This document shows, piece by piece, positions 38,053 to 49,199 of a stretch of 64,000 nucleotides of DNA. Under the pieces are notes generated by a model that saw only the letters and a program-made list of their open reading frames with translations, made no database searches and was not told the origin of the DNA. The DNA is from a virus. Position 1 is the stretch's first letter. Each line of letters opens with the position of its first letter. The translations under genes and the position numbers were made by a program. The stretch is from the IMG/VR virus record IMGVR_UViG_3300038466_000014; one strand, written 5' to 3'.

Positions 38053-38595
38053 TCACAGCTCGCTCGTATCAAACCCAAACACAAATTTACGAATCCTTTC
38101 GATTTCAACCCCATGGCACATCATACCATAGGTTTCCATACACTTCGGATATATCCTTTCGATAAACCGTTTGGATCTCTCCATTATAATCTTTATAACA
38201 TCATCTCCAGGATCTGCGTTGAAGAACAAAATAATTGCCCGATTGGGGTGTGGATTCGAATCGCATACCACGACATAGCGATCATCCACCACCGGGCGTG
38301 TATAACTATTGTTCTTAATCGGATCAGCTGCGGCAAATGTAAACGCATACGAGATGAGTCCGTCAGATGGGCGATAAAATGCAACGGAATTTTCTTTTAT
38401 CCACGAATCAATAATCTCTTCACACTCGGGAACATCCCGTTCGCAAGAAATCGTAAAAGCCAACTCATTATCATCTTCCTCCCGGATACAATACTTTCCG
38501 AGAACACTCGCCGCAAATTCATCCAAAAACCTCCCCGGAATAATCGCACAATCGAAATCAACAACGACACAATGCTTACCCAAAAGTTCAAACAT
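38053..38595 (-). CDS. Hypothetical protein
   Basis: 180 aa with GGAGG SD. Confidence 0.65.
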   Translation of the reverse strand: MFELLGKHCVVVDFDCAIIPGRFLDEFAASVLGKYCIREEDDNELAFTISCERDVPECEEIIDSWIKENSVAFYRPSDGLISYAFTFAAADPIKNNSYTRPVVDDRYVVVCDSNPHPNRAIILFFNADPGDDVIKIIMERSKRFIERIYPKCMETYGMMCHGVEIERIRKFVFGFDTSEL

Positions 38596-38610
38596 TTCAT
38601 CCTCCCTTAT

Positions 38611-39102
38611 TTAGTCTACGATGGAAACAACCAACACATTTTCCCTCTTCGAGTTTTTGACTCTTGGAGTCCATATATCCACAGTGTTTTTTATATCTTT
38701 ATGAGTAACATCTGATACGGTCCTTACGCCAAACCCTTCAATCCAAATTCTGCTTCCGAAGGGGAACAGTCCCAATAAATCCCGGCTAACCGCCACCTTA
38801 CCAGAACCCACCTTTTCGTTAATAGCGGTTTTAGTATGGCTGCCGGATGTGTAAAACGTGATCTTAACCCTCGCGTGATGTGGTTGAATCTGATTCAGCC
38901 GTTCTGTAAGTCTGATAATCATCGCATAATTGGCGTCTATTTGGGTCTGATTATCATCTAAAGTAGTTTGAATATCATCGAGATTCTGTAAAACATCTTC
39001 CGTTCCCGATCCGATAGGATAAATTATAAAACAAATCAACCCTATAAAGGTAATCCCAAATACGCTTCCGTATAACCAATGTCTTATTTTTTTGTTTTTC
39101 AC
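38611..39102 (-). CDS. Membrane-anchored 3D-domain protein (cell-wall hydrolase-like)
   Basis: TM, coiled coil, ITFYT, VAVSRD..PFGSRIWIEG..SDV..VDIW. Confidence 0.75.
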   Translation of the reverse strand: MKNKKIRHWLYGSVFGITFIGLICFIIYPIGSGTEDVLQNLDDIQTTLDDNQTQIDANYAMIIRLTERLNQIQPHHARVKITFYTSGSHTKTAINEKVGSGKVAVSRDLLGLFPFGSRIWIEGFGVRTVSDVTHKDIKNTVDIWTPRVKNSKRENVLVVSIVD

Positions 39103-39116
39103 TCATTAATCCTTTC

Positions 39117-39446
39117 TCACGGAGAGGCAGCTTTAGTTTCAATAATCATTTTGTTGAGTTCATCCTTATACTCAACAGATAATGTTTTATCATATTTTAT
39201 ATATGTTTTAATCATTGATGTTGCCGATATCTTATCGGGAACAAATCCACCTATCAGGACTACTATAATAAGGACAATTATCCACGGTTTTGTTTTTTCA
39301 ATCCATATTGATAGCGACAAATCGTTTGCTATGCACCATAATCCGATAACAGACATACCTAAAAAGGAAAGCGTCAGATACGCAACCATAAACGTCTCAA
39401 AGTATGTGATCACGTCGATGTTGCCGCACAAATAAAGCAAAATCAC
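39117..39446 (-). CDS. Membrane protein
   Basis: Two TM segments. Confidence 0.55.
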   Translation of the reverse strand: MILLYLCGNIDVITYFETFMVAYLTLSFLGMSVIGLWCIANDLSLSIWIEKTKPWIIVLIIVVLIGGFVPDKISATSMIKTYIKYDKTLSVEYKDELNKMIIETKAASP

Positions 39447-39676
39447 TTCTTTGATGTTTTTGTCTCCCTTTTAATATACTCTGAAAAATTACTTCTATAA
39501 CAGTATGTTTTTAGAAATCCAGCTTTTAATTTTTCGTAACACCCATCACATAAATCTATTTCATAATAATCCGGATCGTGGTCTACTCCGTTATATACCC
39601 GGTCAAGATCTATCCTCCTTGTAATAGCGGCATTTATACATCCAGGATAATCACACCTGATAACTGTATGTTTCAA
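39443..39676 (-). CDS. Small zinc-finger protein
   Basis: CDYPGC..DLCDGC. Confidence 0.55.
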   Translation of the reverse strand: MKHTVIRCDYPGCINAAITRRIDLDRVYNGVDHDPDYYEIDLCDGCYEKLKAGFLKTYCYRSNFSEYIKRETKTSKK

Positions 39677-39677
39677 C

Positions 39678-40667
39678 CTATTCGGTCCTTTCTCTGAAAA
39701 GTTCGTCCACGCTAATTCCTTTCCATCGTATCAATTTATATGGTTGCTCTTCATAAACAAAAACCGCCATCCTGAATTTTTTATAAAATCGTTTGGATAT
39801 AAACCACCTAAAGTAGTCACCAAAGTTTCTAATGTTATACTTTGTTCTTATATAAAGACCAATTGAATACTCATCGAAATATTCGAATCTATAATCAACG
39901 TTTAAAAGTTTAAGTAGGGATGTATATCTGTCATATAGTTTCAAAGTCTTTCCAAACGAATAGCGTGTATAATCAAATCTAAGCTCTACTTCATAATATC
40001 TGAAATCATCATATTCGCTTATAAAGCTACTATTAAGATTATAAGTAGCGATGAACAAATCCATTGTTTTTATAAATTGTTGTATAACACATTTAAAATA
40101 CGATAAATCTACAACATGATATCCGTTACTGACAAATTTTATATACGACAAATTAGAATCGTAAGACTGCCAATCAATAAGAATACTCTTACAAATACGA
40201 AGAAATCTTATATCTGGAACAATATTTCCAAACGGATCACAACATAGTTTCGTTTTTGATAAAAACTCATATTTTAAATCGTAATGTTTCATCATATCTT
40301 CTTCGTTATCATATTCTATTTCATTTAACTCTTCATGTATATCAATAGGACCGAGGTGTTTTATTTTAAACTTTTCAATCTTATCCATTATATCAGTATC
40401 TGAATCCCGCAACCATTCTTTAAACCACTCGGAGTATAATTCCGGAAGGGTGCATACAGACGTTCTTATCTCTTTCGTTTTCTTATCCATATTTTCAGTT
40501 AAACATCTACCATCTGTATATATCTGTACATTCGCTGTCAATTCAGTGACCGCGTTATTGGTTCCATACTTATAAAGTCCTACCGGTTGAAATGAGATAT
40601 AAAATAAGTCTTTATGACCAAATTCGAATATCTCGTTTCTATGGAGAGGTAAAAGTTCATTTTCCAT
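39678..40667 (-). CDS. Hypothetical protein
   Basis: 329 aa. Confidence 0.7.
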   Translation of the reverse strand: MENELLPLHRNEIFEFGHKDLFYISFQPVGLYKYGTNNAVTELTANVQIYTDGRCLTENMDKKTKEIRTSVCTLPELYSEWFKEWLRDSDTDIMDKIEKFKIKHLGPIDIHEELNEIEYDNEEDMMKHYDLKYEFLSKTKLCCDPFGNIVPDIRFLRICKSILIDWQSYDSNLSYIKFVSNGYHVVDLSYFKCVIQQFIKTMDLFIATYNLNSSFISEYDDFRYYEVELRFDYTRYSFGKTLKLYDRYTSLLKLLNVDYRFEYFDEYSIGLYIRTKYNIRNFGDYFRWFISKRFYKKFRMAVFVYEEQPYKLIRWKGISVDELFRERTE

Positions 40668-40795
40668 TTTTTACCTTTGAATAATTTTTTCCTCTGTGGT
40701 GTGGACTGATATGTCGCTCGAATATTTACCTGTTCATACAAAATTCTTTTTCATCTCCAAATTGAATATACCTTATATCATTTGGATCTATTCTA

Positions 40796-41227
40796 TCATA
40801 CATCCGCCATGATCCTCTCGCATATGATAGTTCGTGCTACATCATACGTTTCTCCGGCAATACTCCGATAACAAAGATTGATTTTATATCCTGAATCTGT
40901 TTTAAGGATTTCAGCCATATCAAACACTTCGTCATCGGAATCGCACCTGTCTGTCGCTGGTTGATTTTCCATATATACGACACCTTCCTCTTTAGTATTA
41001 AATTCCATTAAGGCTTGGTCGGATGCGAGAACCAGAATCCGTGAGTATCCAATCTTCCAACTGTTTGTTTTAATTTTAAATAATCTATCAAACGCCTCTT
41101 CTGGAGTTGATACATCATCCAACTGTGGAATCGTCCATGCTTTTACAGCTCCCACTTTTATAAGATTATCTTTTATCGGTATTTCTTTCAGTACAAGAAC
41201 CATGAATACTCCGAGTAATAAAAACAA
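40796..41227 (-). CDS. Hypothetical protein
   Basis: 143 aa; first gene after a motif B copy. Confidence 0.6.
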   Translation of the reverse strand: MFLLLGVFMVLVLKEIPIKDNLIKVGAVKAWTIPQLDDVSTPEEAFDRLFKIKTNSWKIGYSRILVLASDQALMEFNTKEEGVVYMENQPATDRCDSDDEVFDMAEILKTDSGYKINLCYRSIAGETYDVARTIICERIMADV

Positions 41228-41291
41228 ATTAATGTTTTAAACCACATATAATCATACGTCCATAATGGTGAAGTATGATTAATCTGCTATT

Positions 41292-41305
41292 ATTTAATAT
41301 ATATA
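41292..41305 (-). promoter_or_regulatory. Motif B
   Basis: Exact copy at the strand switch. Confidence 0.55.
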
Positions 41306-41378
41306 ATAAAAAATTTGTTTTGTAAAAAAATCTATGTAAAAAACATAGAAAATAACCACATTTTTTCAAAAACAAATC

Positions 41379-41393
41379 AGGACAAATTTTAAA
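41379..41393 (+). promoter_or_regulatory. Motif A
   Basis: Exact copy upstream of 41464. Confidence 0.65.
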
Positions 41394-41463
41394 AAGGGGA
41401 TAGATACACCCTTAAACCAACAAAAAACATTAACTTTTTAAATGAGTATAGGAGGGGTTTATA

Positions 41464-44445
41464 ATGACCCAACTTAAGGAATGGTTGAATAAAAGATTAA
41501 GACCTACGTATATTGATAACATCGATCTCGATACAATTGCTTCGTCTGACAGATCTGTTGTTATAGCCCCGGAGGGGTACGGTAAGAGCAGAAATATAAT
41601 CAGTGATATGAAAAAAGATAAGAGTAAATATTTCGTGTTTTCGACTCACACAAAAGTCAACGCCTTGGAAAAATCCCTTGTATGCGGTGAAAACGCCTTT
41701 CACGTAAAATCCGATTCAGAACTGTTTGTGAACATGGTTTCATATATATCTTCATCTATGGGAGAATTGCTTTCAAAAACAGATAGTTATACCCAGAATT
41801 ATTATATCGATCTGTTTATGTTCTCCTGTAAACCCAACAACCCCGAATCTCTGATAGATCTCAAAGAATGGACCGACAAAAAATATAAAGAATATATATA
41901 CAACAACGCTACACACTTCGATAATAAAAACGGATTCTACGAATATAATTTTGCAGTGTACGGAAAACTTCTCAAACAATTATCAAAACTCAAAGATAAA
42001 ACATATTATTTGTTTGTTAAAAAAGTATTTACAAAAGAAGAACTATTGTCCGATAAGACAGAACTTATAGAGAATTTCAAGAACCTTATCATTAATGATC
42101 CTTATATGGAAAACAAAGCGTGTTATACTAATTATACGGATAAAATCTCTTTCGGATATGACTCGTGCTATATCACTAAGAAAAACAGAGCGTGGCTCTC
42201 AGCACAAAAAACCCTAAGAGATAATACAATAAAACAATTTGTTTTAAATGCACAGTCTGGTATAGAATCACCTATCAATATTCTCGTAAGTCAAAACAGA
42301 ACAACGGATAATTATATAGCTCCGGCATTTAAAAAAGTAGATGTTAAATATAATAAATGTACACTTATTCATGACGAGATCATGGCCGATGCGTTTATTC
42401 AGGTAACAACGTCAGACATCAATAGAGTCATCGATATAGTCAAACGTGTAAAGGAAAGCAAAGATAAAGTTATATCTTATAAAGACGAAAGATTCATAAA
42501 AGATCTTGGATACACCAAAGAATTTAAAAGACTCATGAAATCAGATGATAATGATGTTGATATTTTAAATATCCATAATCCACAACCGTCTATTCCTATG
42601 GTAAAAGGATTCGAGTGGAAAAACGTTTCTTTTTCCGGAGAAACAGAACTGGCTTTAAGATTCAGACCATTTTCTAAAATAATTTGTTTGACATCGGAAT
42701 ATCTTCAGGCTGTTAACATGAGAATGCTCGGATTCAAAGTGTATGAGTGTCAAGCGGACTACAGGTTTAAAGATGATAACCTTAATATATGTATATCATC
42801 GTCAAATACAAAAACCAAAGTAATAACCTCCGACGAAACAGATAAATCTAATATTACCAATATGATAAATAATTGTAGACTGAATAAGTCTTTTACTTTC
42901 GGAGTATCCTCTTATGGCACCCAGATGAATATGGATAATTGCAAAGGTTTAAATATCGATTTTTCAAACTACGAAAAAATTGTATGTGTTAAGAATCCGA
43001 CGCATAAAAGTTTCTATACACATAATATTAAAAATTTTGTTGCTCTCGCGCATAACAGAGGTCTAAAAATATGCAAGAGTGATATTGAAAATATAATAAA
43101 TTGTTCAGTAGTGGACCAGATAAACCAGTTGTTTGGAAGATTTTCAGGATATAGAAATGTGGATATTCCTAAATATTTTCTTATTCACGATAAGGATTCA
43201 CTCGTTATGGCAAACATTAATAATTTTAGATACTCCGGTGTAAGTAAGAACTTTGATGATATTTACGAGTATTTATCAAACCCTCCGGAAAAGAACGATT
43301 TGGAAGAAGAAATTATCGTAGATGATCTTTTTATAAGAGAAGAAGAGATCAAAGTTATCGAAAAAACCGCTGACAAAATAGAACTGACTGTTTTACCTGA
43401 AAGTGAGACGAAAGAGATAAAAGCTCTTAGAAGTGAAATGATTAGGAACTCGTCCCGGAAAAAATACGCCCGACTTGTCAACAGGGTTTATAACGCTACT
43501 AATGTAAATCCTCCCAGATTCACACATGATATTTCTATCCAAGCGGAAGACACTCCGGACTTTTTAAAAGACGCATTATTCGTCCTAAACAAAGGATTAA
43601 ACGAATTACATTCGTTTGACAGGAAGACAGCCAAATTTCACGATCTCGTATCGAATCTTTACTATGAACGAAACGATATGTTTAACCTTAATTTAGAAGA
43701 AGATTTCATATATTACGAATGTAAACGTACCGGAAGAATGAAACAGAGATTATCGGGTTCCGGATTCGAAAAGATATACAACAATAGTTTCTTAAGAAAT
43801 GTTAAAAAGGCAAACAAGGAAAAATCCATAGAAAAAGTATTATCGGATCCTAAACTAATCGAACGTTATAAAGAAGTACAGAAGGTTAGATTCAAAAAGG
43901 ACTATTTCCTTGCATGGATAGAATATTACGTCACCAGAGGGAAATGTCCAAAACGGGATATATTAATAAACGGAAATGCATATATTAAAAAGCACGGACT
44001 GAATGTGGAGAGCATGGAAGAGTTAAGATTGTTCATGGTGAAGTTTATGCAAAATACGCTTAGAATGAAGACGAACAGTAAAATATTCAGTATTCATCCA
44101 AAGGACAATTTAGATTATATGACCAGCAAAAGAATTTCTCCGTCATCGCCAAGAGACAGTAAAAAGTATACCTTTATATATAGAGAGTTATCAAAGGCTA
44201 AATTCCTGGAAAACGGTATGGTCAAAAAATACAACGCAATCAAAAAACAACAAAATTATCTCGATATGCTTACACGTCTAAGAAAAAATACTTTTTTCAA
44301 CCTTTCCAGAAAAAACGGATACCTTGATATAGCGCATGCTGATAATAGAATTCCGTTTATATGTATGCCTATAAACTTAGAGAATAAAAATTATTCCGAG
44401 GAGGCCATAGAGCGGGCTTCCTATAAAAAGGTATATAGTCACTAA
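41464..44445 (+). CDS. Large divergent SF2 helicase-like protein (candidate origin-binding protein)
   Basis: APEGYGKS (Walker A), LIHDE (Walker B), LTSE (motif III) and QLFGRFSGYR (motif VI). Confidence 0.55.
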   Translation: MTQLKEWLNKRLRPTYIDNIDLDTIASSDRSVVIAPEGYGKSRNIISDMKKDKSKYFVFSTHTKVNALEKSLVCGENAFHVKSDSELFVNMVSYISSSMGELLSKTDSYTQNYYIDLFMFSCKPNNPESLIDLKEWTDKKYKEYIYNNATHFDNKNGFYEYNFAVYGKLLKQLSKLKDKTYYLFVKKVFTKEELLSDKTELIENFKNLIINDPYMENKACYTNYTDKISFGYDSCYITKKNRAWLSAQKTLRDNTIKQFVLNAQSGIESPINILVSQNRTTDNYIAPAFKKVDVKYNKCTLIHDEIMADAFIQVTTSDINRVIDIVKRVKESKDKVISYKDERFIKDLGYTKEFKRLMKSDDNDVDILNIHNPQPSIPMVKGFEWKNVSFSGETELALRFRPFSKIICLTSEYLQAVNMRMLGFKVYECQADYRFKDDNLNICISSSNTKTKVITSDETDKSNITNMINNCRLNKSFTFGVSSYGTQMNMDNCKGLNIDFSNYEKIVCVKNPTHKSFYTHNIKNFVALAHNRGLKICKSDIENIINCSVVDQINQLFGRFSGYRNVDIPKYFLIHDKDSLVMANINNFRYSGVSKNFDDIYEYLSNPPEKNDLEEEIIVDDLFIREEEIKVIEKTADKIELTVLPESETKEIKALRSEMIRNSSRKKYARLVNRVYNATNVNPPRFTHDISIQAEDTPDFLKDALFVLNKGLNELHSFDRKTAKFHDLVSNLYYERNDMFNLNLEEDFIYYECKRTGRMKQRLSGSGFEKIYNNSFLRNVKKANKEKSIEKVLSDPKLIERYKEVQKVRFKKDYFLAWIEYYVTRGKCPKRDILINGNAYIKKHGLNVESMEELRLFMVKFMQNTLRMKTNSKIFSIHPKDNLDYMTSKRISPSSPRDSKKYTFIYRELSKAKFLENGMVKKYNAIKKQQNYLDMLTRLRKNTFFNLSRKNGYLDIAHADNRIPFICMPINLENKNYSEEAIERASYKKVYSH

Positions 44446-45174
44446 TAATGTAAATTAATTTTAATATAGATTCATATTTTTATTTCCCAATAAAGGACGG
44501 GAATTTCCTTAAGAAATTCCGTCTGTCTTTCATTACCAGCATCCAGCATCCAGAAGATCTTTTAACGAAGTTTGTTTAAAAATTAGCCCTGAATGGTAAA
44601 AAAATGATGTCTGGTATTACCCAAAAAACCGGAAAATCCGGTGGTTTTTTGACCCAAAAAAGAGTCAAAATACCGGGATTTATGGAAGACAATGATTTTC
44701 ATAAATGGTTAATATTGTTGAATATAATCTGATCTTAAGGGTACTATTGTAATAGTAATACATATGGAAACTCTTCCGGCAGTCAAAATTTATCAAGACG
44801 ATTTAAGTTTATAACGATCCTGAATGGTGGTTCGGAATATAATTCCTCACAACCATTCAGTACATAAAACCCAAACTTCTATTTTTTTGATGTTTATATC
44901 TGTTTATTCCAAAATATCCATTCAGGAAATAAAAGAATTTAAGCGCCCCGTATTTTAGAAAATAAGTATGAAATACTTTCTAATTATTTAGCAAGGGGCG
45001 CAACTACCAAAATTACTTTTTTATTTCTACTTATTTTTTTATCTTATCCATTCAGAAAGATTATTTATCTTTTCTCTTACGCGAAAAGATAACTTACTGG
45101 ATACTTATTAAATAACCATTGAAAAAAAATCTACGATATTAGTGAAAATCCGGATGAAATTCAGAAAGTAAACC
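44446..45174. other. Non-coding repeat- and hairpin-rich region; candidate replication origin
   Basis: Five CTGAATGG/CCATTCAG copies, several hairpins and A/T tracts. Confidence 0.4.
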
Positions 45175-45189
45175 AGGACAAATTTTAAA
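45175..45189 (+). promoter_or_regulatory. Motif A
   Basis: Exact copy. Confidence 0.65.
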
Positions 45190-45228
45190 TGGAGTAGTAA
45201 GCATGGTTCTTTATAACCCACTGGTAGA

Positions 45229-45435
45229 ATGTGCGAGGACGATATGGAAAATAGTGTTGTGTATTTCGAAGTGCCTATAGACGAATATGAAGAAGTTGAG
45301 CTTAGGCGGCAATTGAAAAACAGTGGATTCGATTTTTCATTTAGTATATACGAGGTGGAAACATTAACTGTAGAACCACAGGAAGAGGAGTATTTGTCAA
45401 ATGAACAGGTTTTATTCGAATCAAGTGTTTTATAG
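45229..45435 (+). CDS. Small acidic protein
   Basis: 68 aa. Confidence 0.5.
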   Translation: MCEDDMENSVVYFEVPIDEYEEVELRRQLKNSGFDFSFSIYEVETLTVEPQEEEYLSNEQVLFESSVL

Positions 45436-46978
45436 CATAGATGATAACGGAAATATTTTAAACGTGTCTTTTGATTTTGGTAAAATGGAAGGAGACGACG
45501 GGAAAGAAATATGCGTACATCCGCGTCTTACCTTTTCGCTTTCCGAGGGAGATAACCGGTCACAAAAAATTAAGTTCGAGATGGGTTATCAGAATGCGAT
45601 GGTGTTTGTGGACGGGTTTAACAAATTCAAAACCGATAAAGCTCCGTTTACGATCACGAGAAATAACTCACAACAATCCAAATCCGTTACAGTGTCATTG
45701 GTTCCGTATAACGATCAAAAATATGTTAAAATCAACGGAAAAGATAGATTTAATGAGGGGTGGTGCGTGATCGAACCTCATATGTTCAGTATCCTTATAT
45801 CCATAATCAAGAACTTCTGTGATTCATATTATAATGTCTCTACAAACACCGCTTCTTTTTTTACATTCGAATTCTTAAGGGATAAGAATGCGGAACTTAT
45901 GGATAAAATATCAGATCTGGAATCCGTGTTAAAGAATTTGAATTTATCGGGTGGTTATCAGAAACCATTAGTTAAAGATTTGCCGGATGCTGTTTACGAC
46001 ATTCCACAAACAAGTACTACTGATAATAATCCGGGTATAACCGATACACAAAAAGATTTTAAATCTTTTATAATCAACAATTTGGATTCTGTTTCGTCTC
46101 CCATACTTGATGAGTTCAAATCTGAATTCAAACCGGTTCACAACCGCCCGGAATCGTTTTTAAGCGCGTGTCTGAAGAACGATATATCCAACATCAAGTC
46201 GTGGACTACAGCCGCCCTCAATTGTGCTGACGACGACCTGTGCGCGTTTATGTTCAACGGAATAGCGTTGTCTGAGAAAGAAAGAACAAATCTGATTGGT
46301 GATAAAGGTAGTAATATTTTCAAGATTATATTGGATTCCGCAAAGTCGTCTGTCCTGGCGTATACTATCAATAGAAATTCTAAGGAGTACGATGAAGATA
46401 ATCCGATATTTAAGTATATGAAAATTAAACCGCAAGACGTTAATCTTTATAATTATACACTTGAAATTATAGTTGTTATAGTTGCTATGAACATATTTTA
46501 TAGAAGGGGTATCTCCGGAAGAGATGTATCGGTGAATATAAAAGAGGATTATAAAAAGGCTTACTATCTGCTAAAGGTGCTTACGGGACATCTCGTCAAC
46601 AGCCTTGATTTTTCATTTATAAGTGTTATAGAAGAGGATATGAAAAACGTCATCAGGAATATTATCAATAGCGGTATGTTGAAAACCCTTTCGGGAGAAT
46701 ATGAATCGTTGACTGTTGGTAATACATTAAATTATTCTTTTGATTCTATGTATAACTTATGTATAAAATATATATCTATACTCAACCAGGAGTTGCCTCA
46801 AAAACTCGACGGGATGAAAAATTATGAACTACTTGTAAAAAAATATATTGAAACAGGCAATCCTATCGGGAATTCGGATTTTATCAACTCGCAGACTAAG
46901 ACACCCGCGATAGAAGAAGACATATTTTCACACGGAAGTCCTGCGTCTGAGCTTGAAGTTGATCCAATCTTCGCCTAA
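45401..46978 (+). CDS. Hypothetical protein
   Basis: 525 aa with GAGGAG SD. Confidence 0.75.
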   Translation: MNRFYSNQVFYSIDDNGNILNVSFDFGKMEGDDGKEICVHPRLTFSLSEGDNRSQKIKFEMGYQNAMVFVDGFNKFKTDKAPFTITRNNSQQSKSVTVSLVPYNDQKYVKINGKDRFNEGWCVIEPHMFSILISIIKNFCDSYYNVSTNTASFFTFEFLRDKNAELMDKISDLESVLKNLNLSGGYQKPLVKDLPDAVYDIPQTSTTDNNPGITDTQKDFKSFIINNLDSVSSPILDEFKSEFKPVHNRPESFLSACLKNDISNIKSWTTAALNCADDDLCAFMFNGIALSEKERTNLIGDKGSNIFKIILDSAKSSVLAYTINRNSKEYDEDNPIFKYMKIKPQDVNLYNYTLEIIVVIVAMNIFYRRGISGRDVSVNIKEDYKKAYYLLKVLTGHLVNSLDFSFISVIEEDMKNVIRNIINSGMLKTLSGEYESLTVGNTLNYSFDSMYNLCIKYISILNQELPQKLDGMKNYELLVKKYIETGNPIGNSDFINSQTKTPAIEEDIFSHGSPASELEVDPIFA

Positions 46979-47693
46979 AAACCTTTTGAAATATACAAAC
47001 CAAATCCAAACAGGGAGACTTTTATTTATGGCACAACAGGGATATTACGGTTACGAAAATCCACCCGAAAATCATAACTGTTTACTATCGGTTAAATTAC
47101 AATCTACGTTTAACAGAGCACTAACTATACCGTCTTATATATGCAAAATGCCTATCAATGTGGTAGTTTATTACCACAAGAAAACTGCCGGATTACAATT
47201 CGACGTGGATACAAGACCCTTATATATTCGTAATAAAGGGATTAAGGTAAATTTATACAGGAATATGAATAAGAGTAAATTTGTAGAAATGTTTGTAAAT
47301 ACAGCATCGATTAAAGAACCTGGATCTGACGTGCATTGTAAATATGAGGGATTAAAAGACATTCATACTGGTTTGGTTTATAATTTTACAAAAGAGAAAC
47401 TGGACCTTAACGCCGGAAAATCAAAGTCGTCTCCAAACAATTACGTTCTTGTTTTGGGATTCAAGATTGTAAACCTTGATAATGATTATAATTTCTTTTT
47501 CGTACAGAGAAGATGCTACAGCAACGATCAGAAGAATTGCATTATCCGTACCGCCGGAATACAGATTGCATCTCCAGACGGATTCGAAGCGTTTTCAAAT
47601 ATGTCTACCGCTTATGATAACAATTTGTTATTATCTGAAAAATCAAAGGAAACAGAACCGGAAGAAGATACTTATACCGGAGAAGAGGATTAA
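46953..47693 (+). CDS. Hypothetical protein
   Basis: 246-aa frame; probable start MAQQ. Confidence 0.7.
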   Translation: MKLIQSSPKNLLKYTNQIQTGRLLFMAQQGYYGYENPPENHNCLLSVKLQSTFNRALTIPSYICKMPINVVVYYHKKTAGLQFDVDTRPLYIRNKGIKVNLYRNMNKSKFVEMFVNTASIKEPGSDVHCKYEGLKDIHTGLVYNFTKEKLDLNAGKSKSSPNNYVLVLGFKIVNLDNDYNFFFVQRRCYSNDQKNCIIRTAGIQIASPDGFEAFSNMSTAYDNNLLLSEKSKETEPEEDTYTGEED

Positions 47694-47717
47694 TAATGAA
47701 ACTATGGCCGAGAGGAC

Positions 47718-47987
47718 TTGGAAGAACCGAAGTGGGTATGGATTTCAAGCAATATAAAGGAGTTAAAAACGGTTCTGAATTTAATGTTTATGGGTAAGAT
47801 GATTGATCCTGTAAAATGGGAATTTAAAATGGCTTTACCCATTCAAATGATAATGTTTCTTCTTACATGTATACCTGCGCTTATCAAAGATATTTTTTTA
47901 AATAGGAAATCATCGTTTGAATTTGACGTAACCCCGATTGAGGATGCGTACCAATCTATGGTTTATAGTAAACGTACAAGAATTTAA
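47718..47987 (+). CDS. Hypothetical protein
   Basis: 89 aa. Confidence 0.5.
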   Translation: MEEPKWVWISSNIKELKTVLNLMFMGKMIDPVKWEFKMALPIQMIMFLLTCIPALIKDIFLNRKSSFEFDVTPIEDAYQSMVYSKRTRI

Positions 47988-48011
47988 TTTTTCAATAAAA
48001 AGGATAATTTA

Positions 48012-49193
48012 ATGGCAATAACCAAATTAGCAGGATATATACATCATTATTACATTCACGATGTATTTGGATCGATGGTGAGATCTATGGCTGTGTTTCT
48101 TAAAAATGATTTATATCCACAATCCACGGAAGTTGTTATAGGTACATACGAAAAGGCCATCCAGCATTATAAGGATTTTAAAGAACAGGGAACGCATAAG
48201 TTTACATCTTCCCCCCCATTCATATCGTTAGATCCTAATCTGGATTTTGCTCCTGATGAAATCGCCGGAAGATTTCAGTATATGTATCCTAATCTCGCTT
48301 TTAGACAAGGCGGTAACAATTTTGGTCCTGATATATATTATGACGGCAATGTTAAAATATCACCGGTATTAAATTATTATAAGGGGTCTTTCGAGATAAT
48401 AGTATGGTGTAGAACAGTTTACGAATATATAGATTACAGATTTCTGACTTTCCAATTTTGTGGAGGTACAGACAGAACGATATATCCATTTAATTGTGAG
48501 ATAAATATGGTAATACCTGATTATCTTAAATATTATACGCACGACAATCCATATACTGCGGAAACTTATCCGTTGGATTGGGAAAATAACAGGGCGAAAG
48601 CCGTACTCTACAAGACATTGAATTTAAACAAATTTATATTTCCATTTACATTACGACCATATTTGAAATTTGTGAATATTGGAGATGCAAGTGAAAAATA
48701 CGGAGGCGATGATTTTTCCAGTTATAGATTATTAATTACTGTTGAATGGGAAACCCAATTTCCCATGTACTTATATATTGAAGATAATCTGTCACCTAAT
48801 ATCTCCAACTTTATCCTTGATATCGACATCGGTTCGTACTACGCCAATGCCGAAGGGTTGATCGCGCCAAAGGATATTGTACAGACACGGTTTGGAGATG
48901 AAGAAGGTGAGGTGTTTAGAGAAGACTGGACGGCATCCGGAAGGGCGACATATATTATAACGGAAGAGGATATAAACAATTTAGACAATGATGTTGATTT
49001 GGAAATAACACTTCCTGAAGTGGTAAATATAAAGAATATTAGAGTTTATCACCCAGACAGAGAGTTAAAGAAATTCTACGAATACGATGTAGATGGTGAC
49101 TCAGTGATTCTTATATTGAAATATGCGCATTTAAAAGAACTAATAAAAATAAACGATCTAATTACAATTGTGTTGTATCAAAAAACGGAATAA
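48012..49193 (+). CDS. Hypothetical protein, possibly virion structural
   Basis: 393 aa, acidic/aromatic composition. Function is a guess. Confidence 0.5.
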   Translation: MAITKLAGYIHHYYIHDVFGSMVRSMAVFLKNDLYPQSTEVVIGTYEKAIQHYKDFKEQGTHKFTSSPPFISLDPNLDFAPDEIAGRFQYMYPNLAFRQGGNNFGPDIYYDGNVKISPVLNYYKGSFEIIVWCRTVYEYIDYRFLTFQFCGGTDRTIYPFNCEINMVIPDYLKYYTHDNPYTAETYPLDWENNRAKAVLYKTLNLNKFIFPFTLRPYLKFVNIGDASEKYGGDDFSSYRLLITVEWETQFPMYLYIEDNLSPNISNFILDIDIGSYYANAEGLIAPKDIVQTRFGDEEGEVFREDWTASGRATYIITEEDINNLDNDVDLEITLPEVVNIKNIRVYHPDRELKKFYEYDVDGDSVILILKYAHLKELIKINDLITIVLYQKTE

Positions 49194-49199
49194 CCATAA

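Noticed and set aside
38113-38715. Long antisense ORFs in the track (e.g. 38113-38715, 56543-56995, 57301-57759)
   Set aside because: Shadows of better-supported genes on the opposite strand. 35859-36380 shadows a pseudogene.
44446-45174. tRNA genes or a CRISPR array in the large intergenic region
   Set aside because: No cloverleaf or T-loop context and no regular repeat-spacer period. None was recognised elsewhere in the window.
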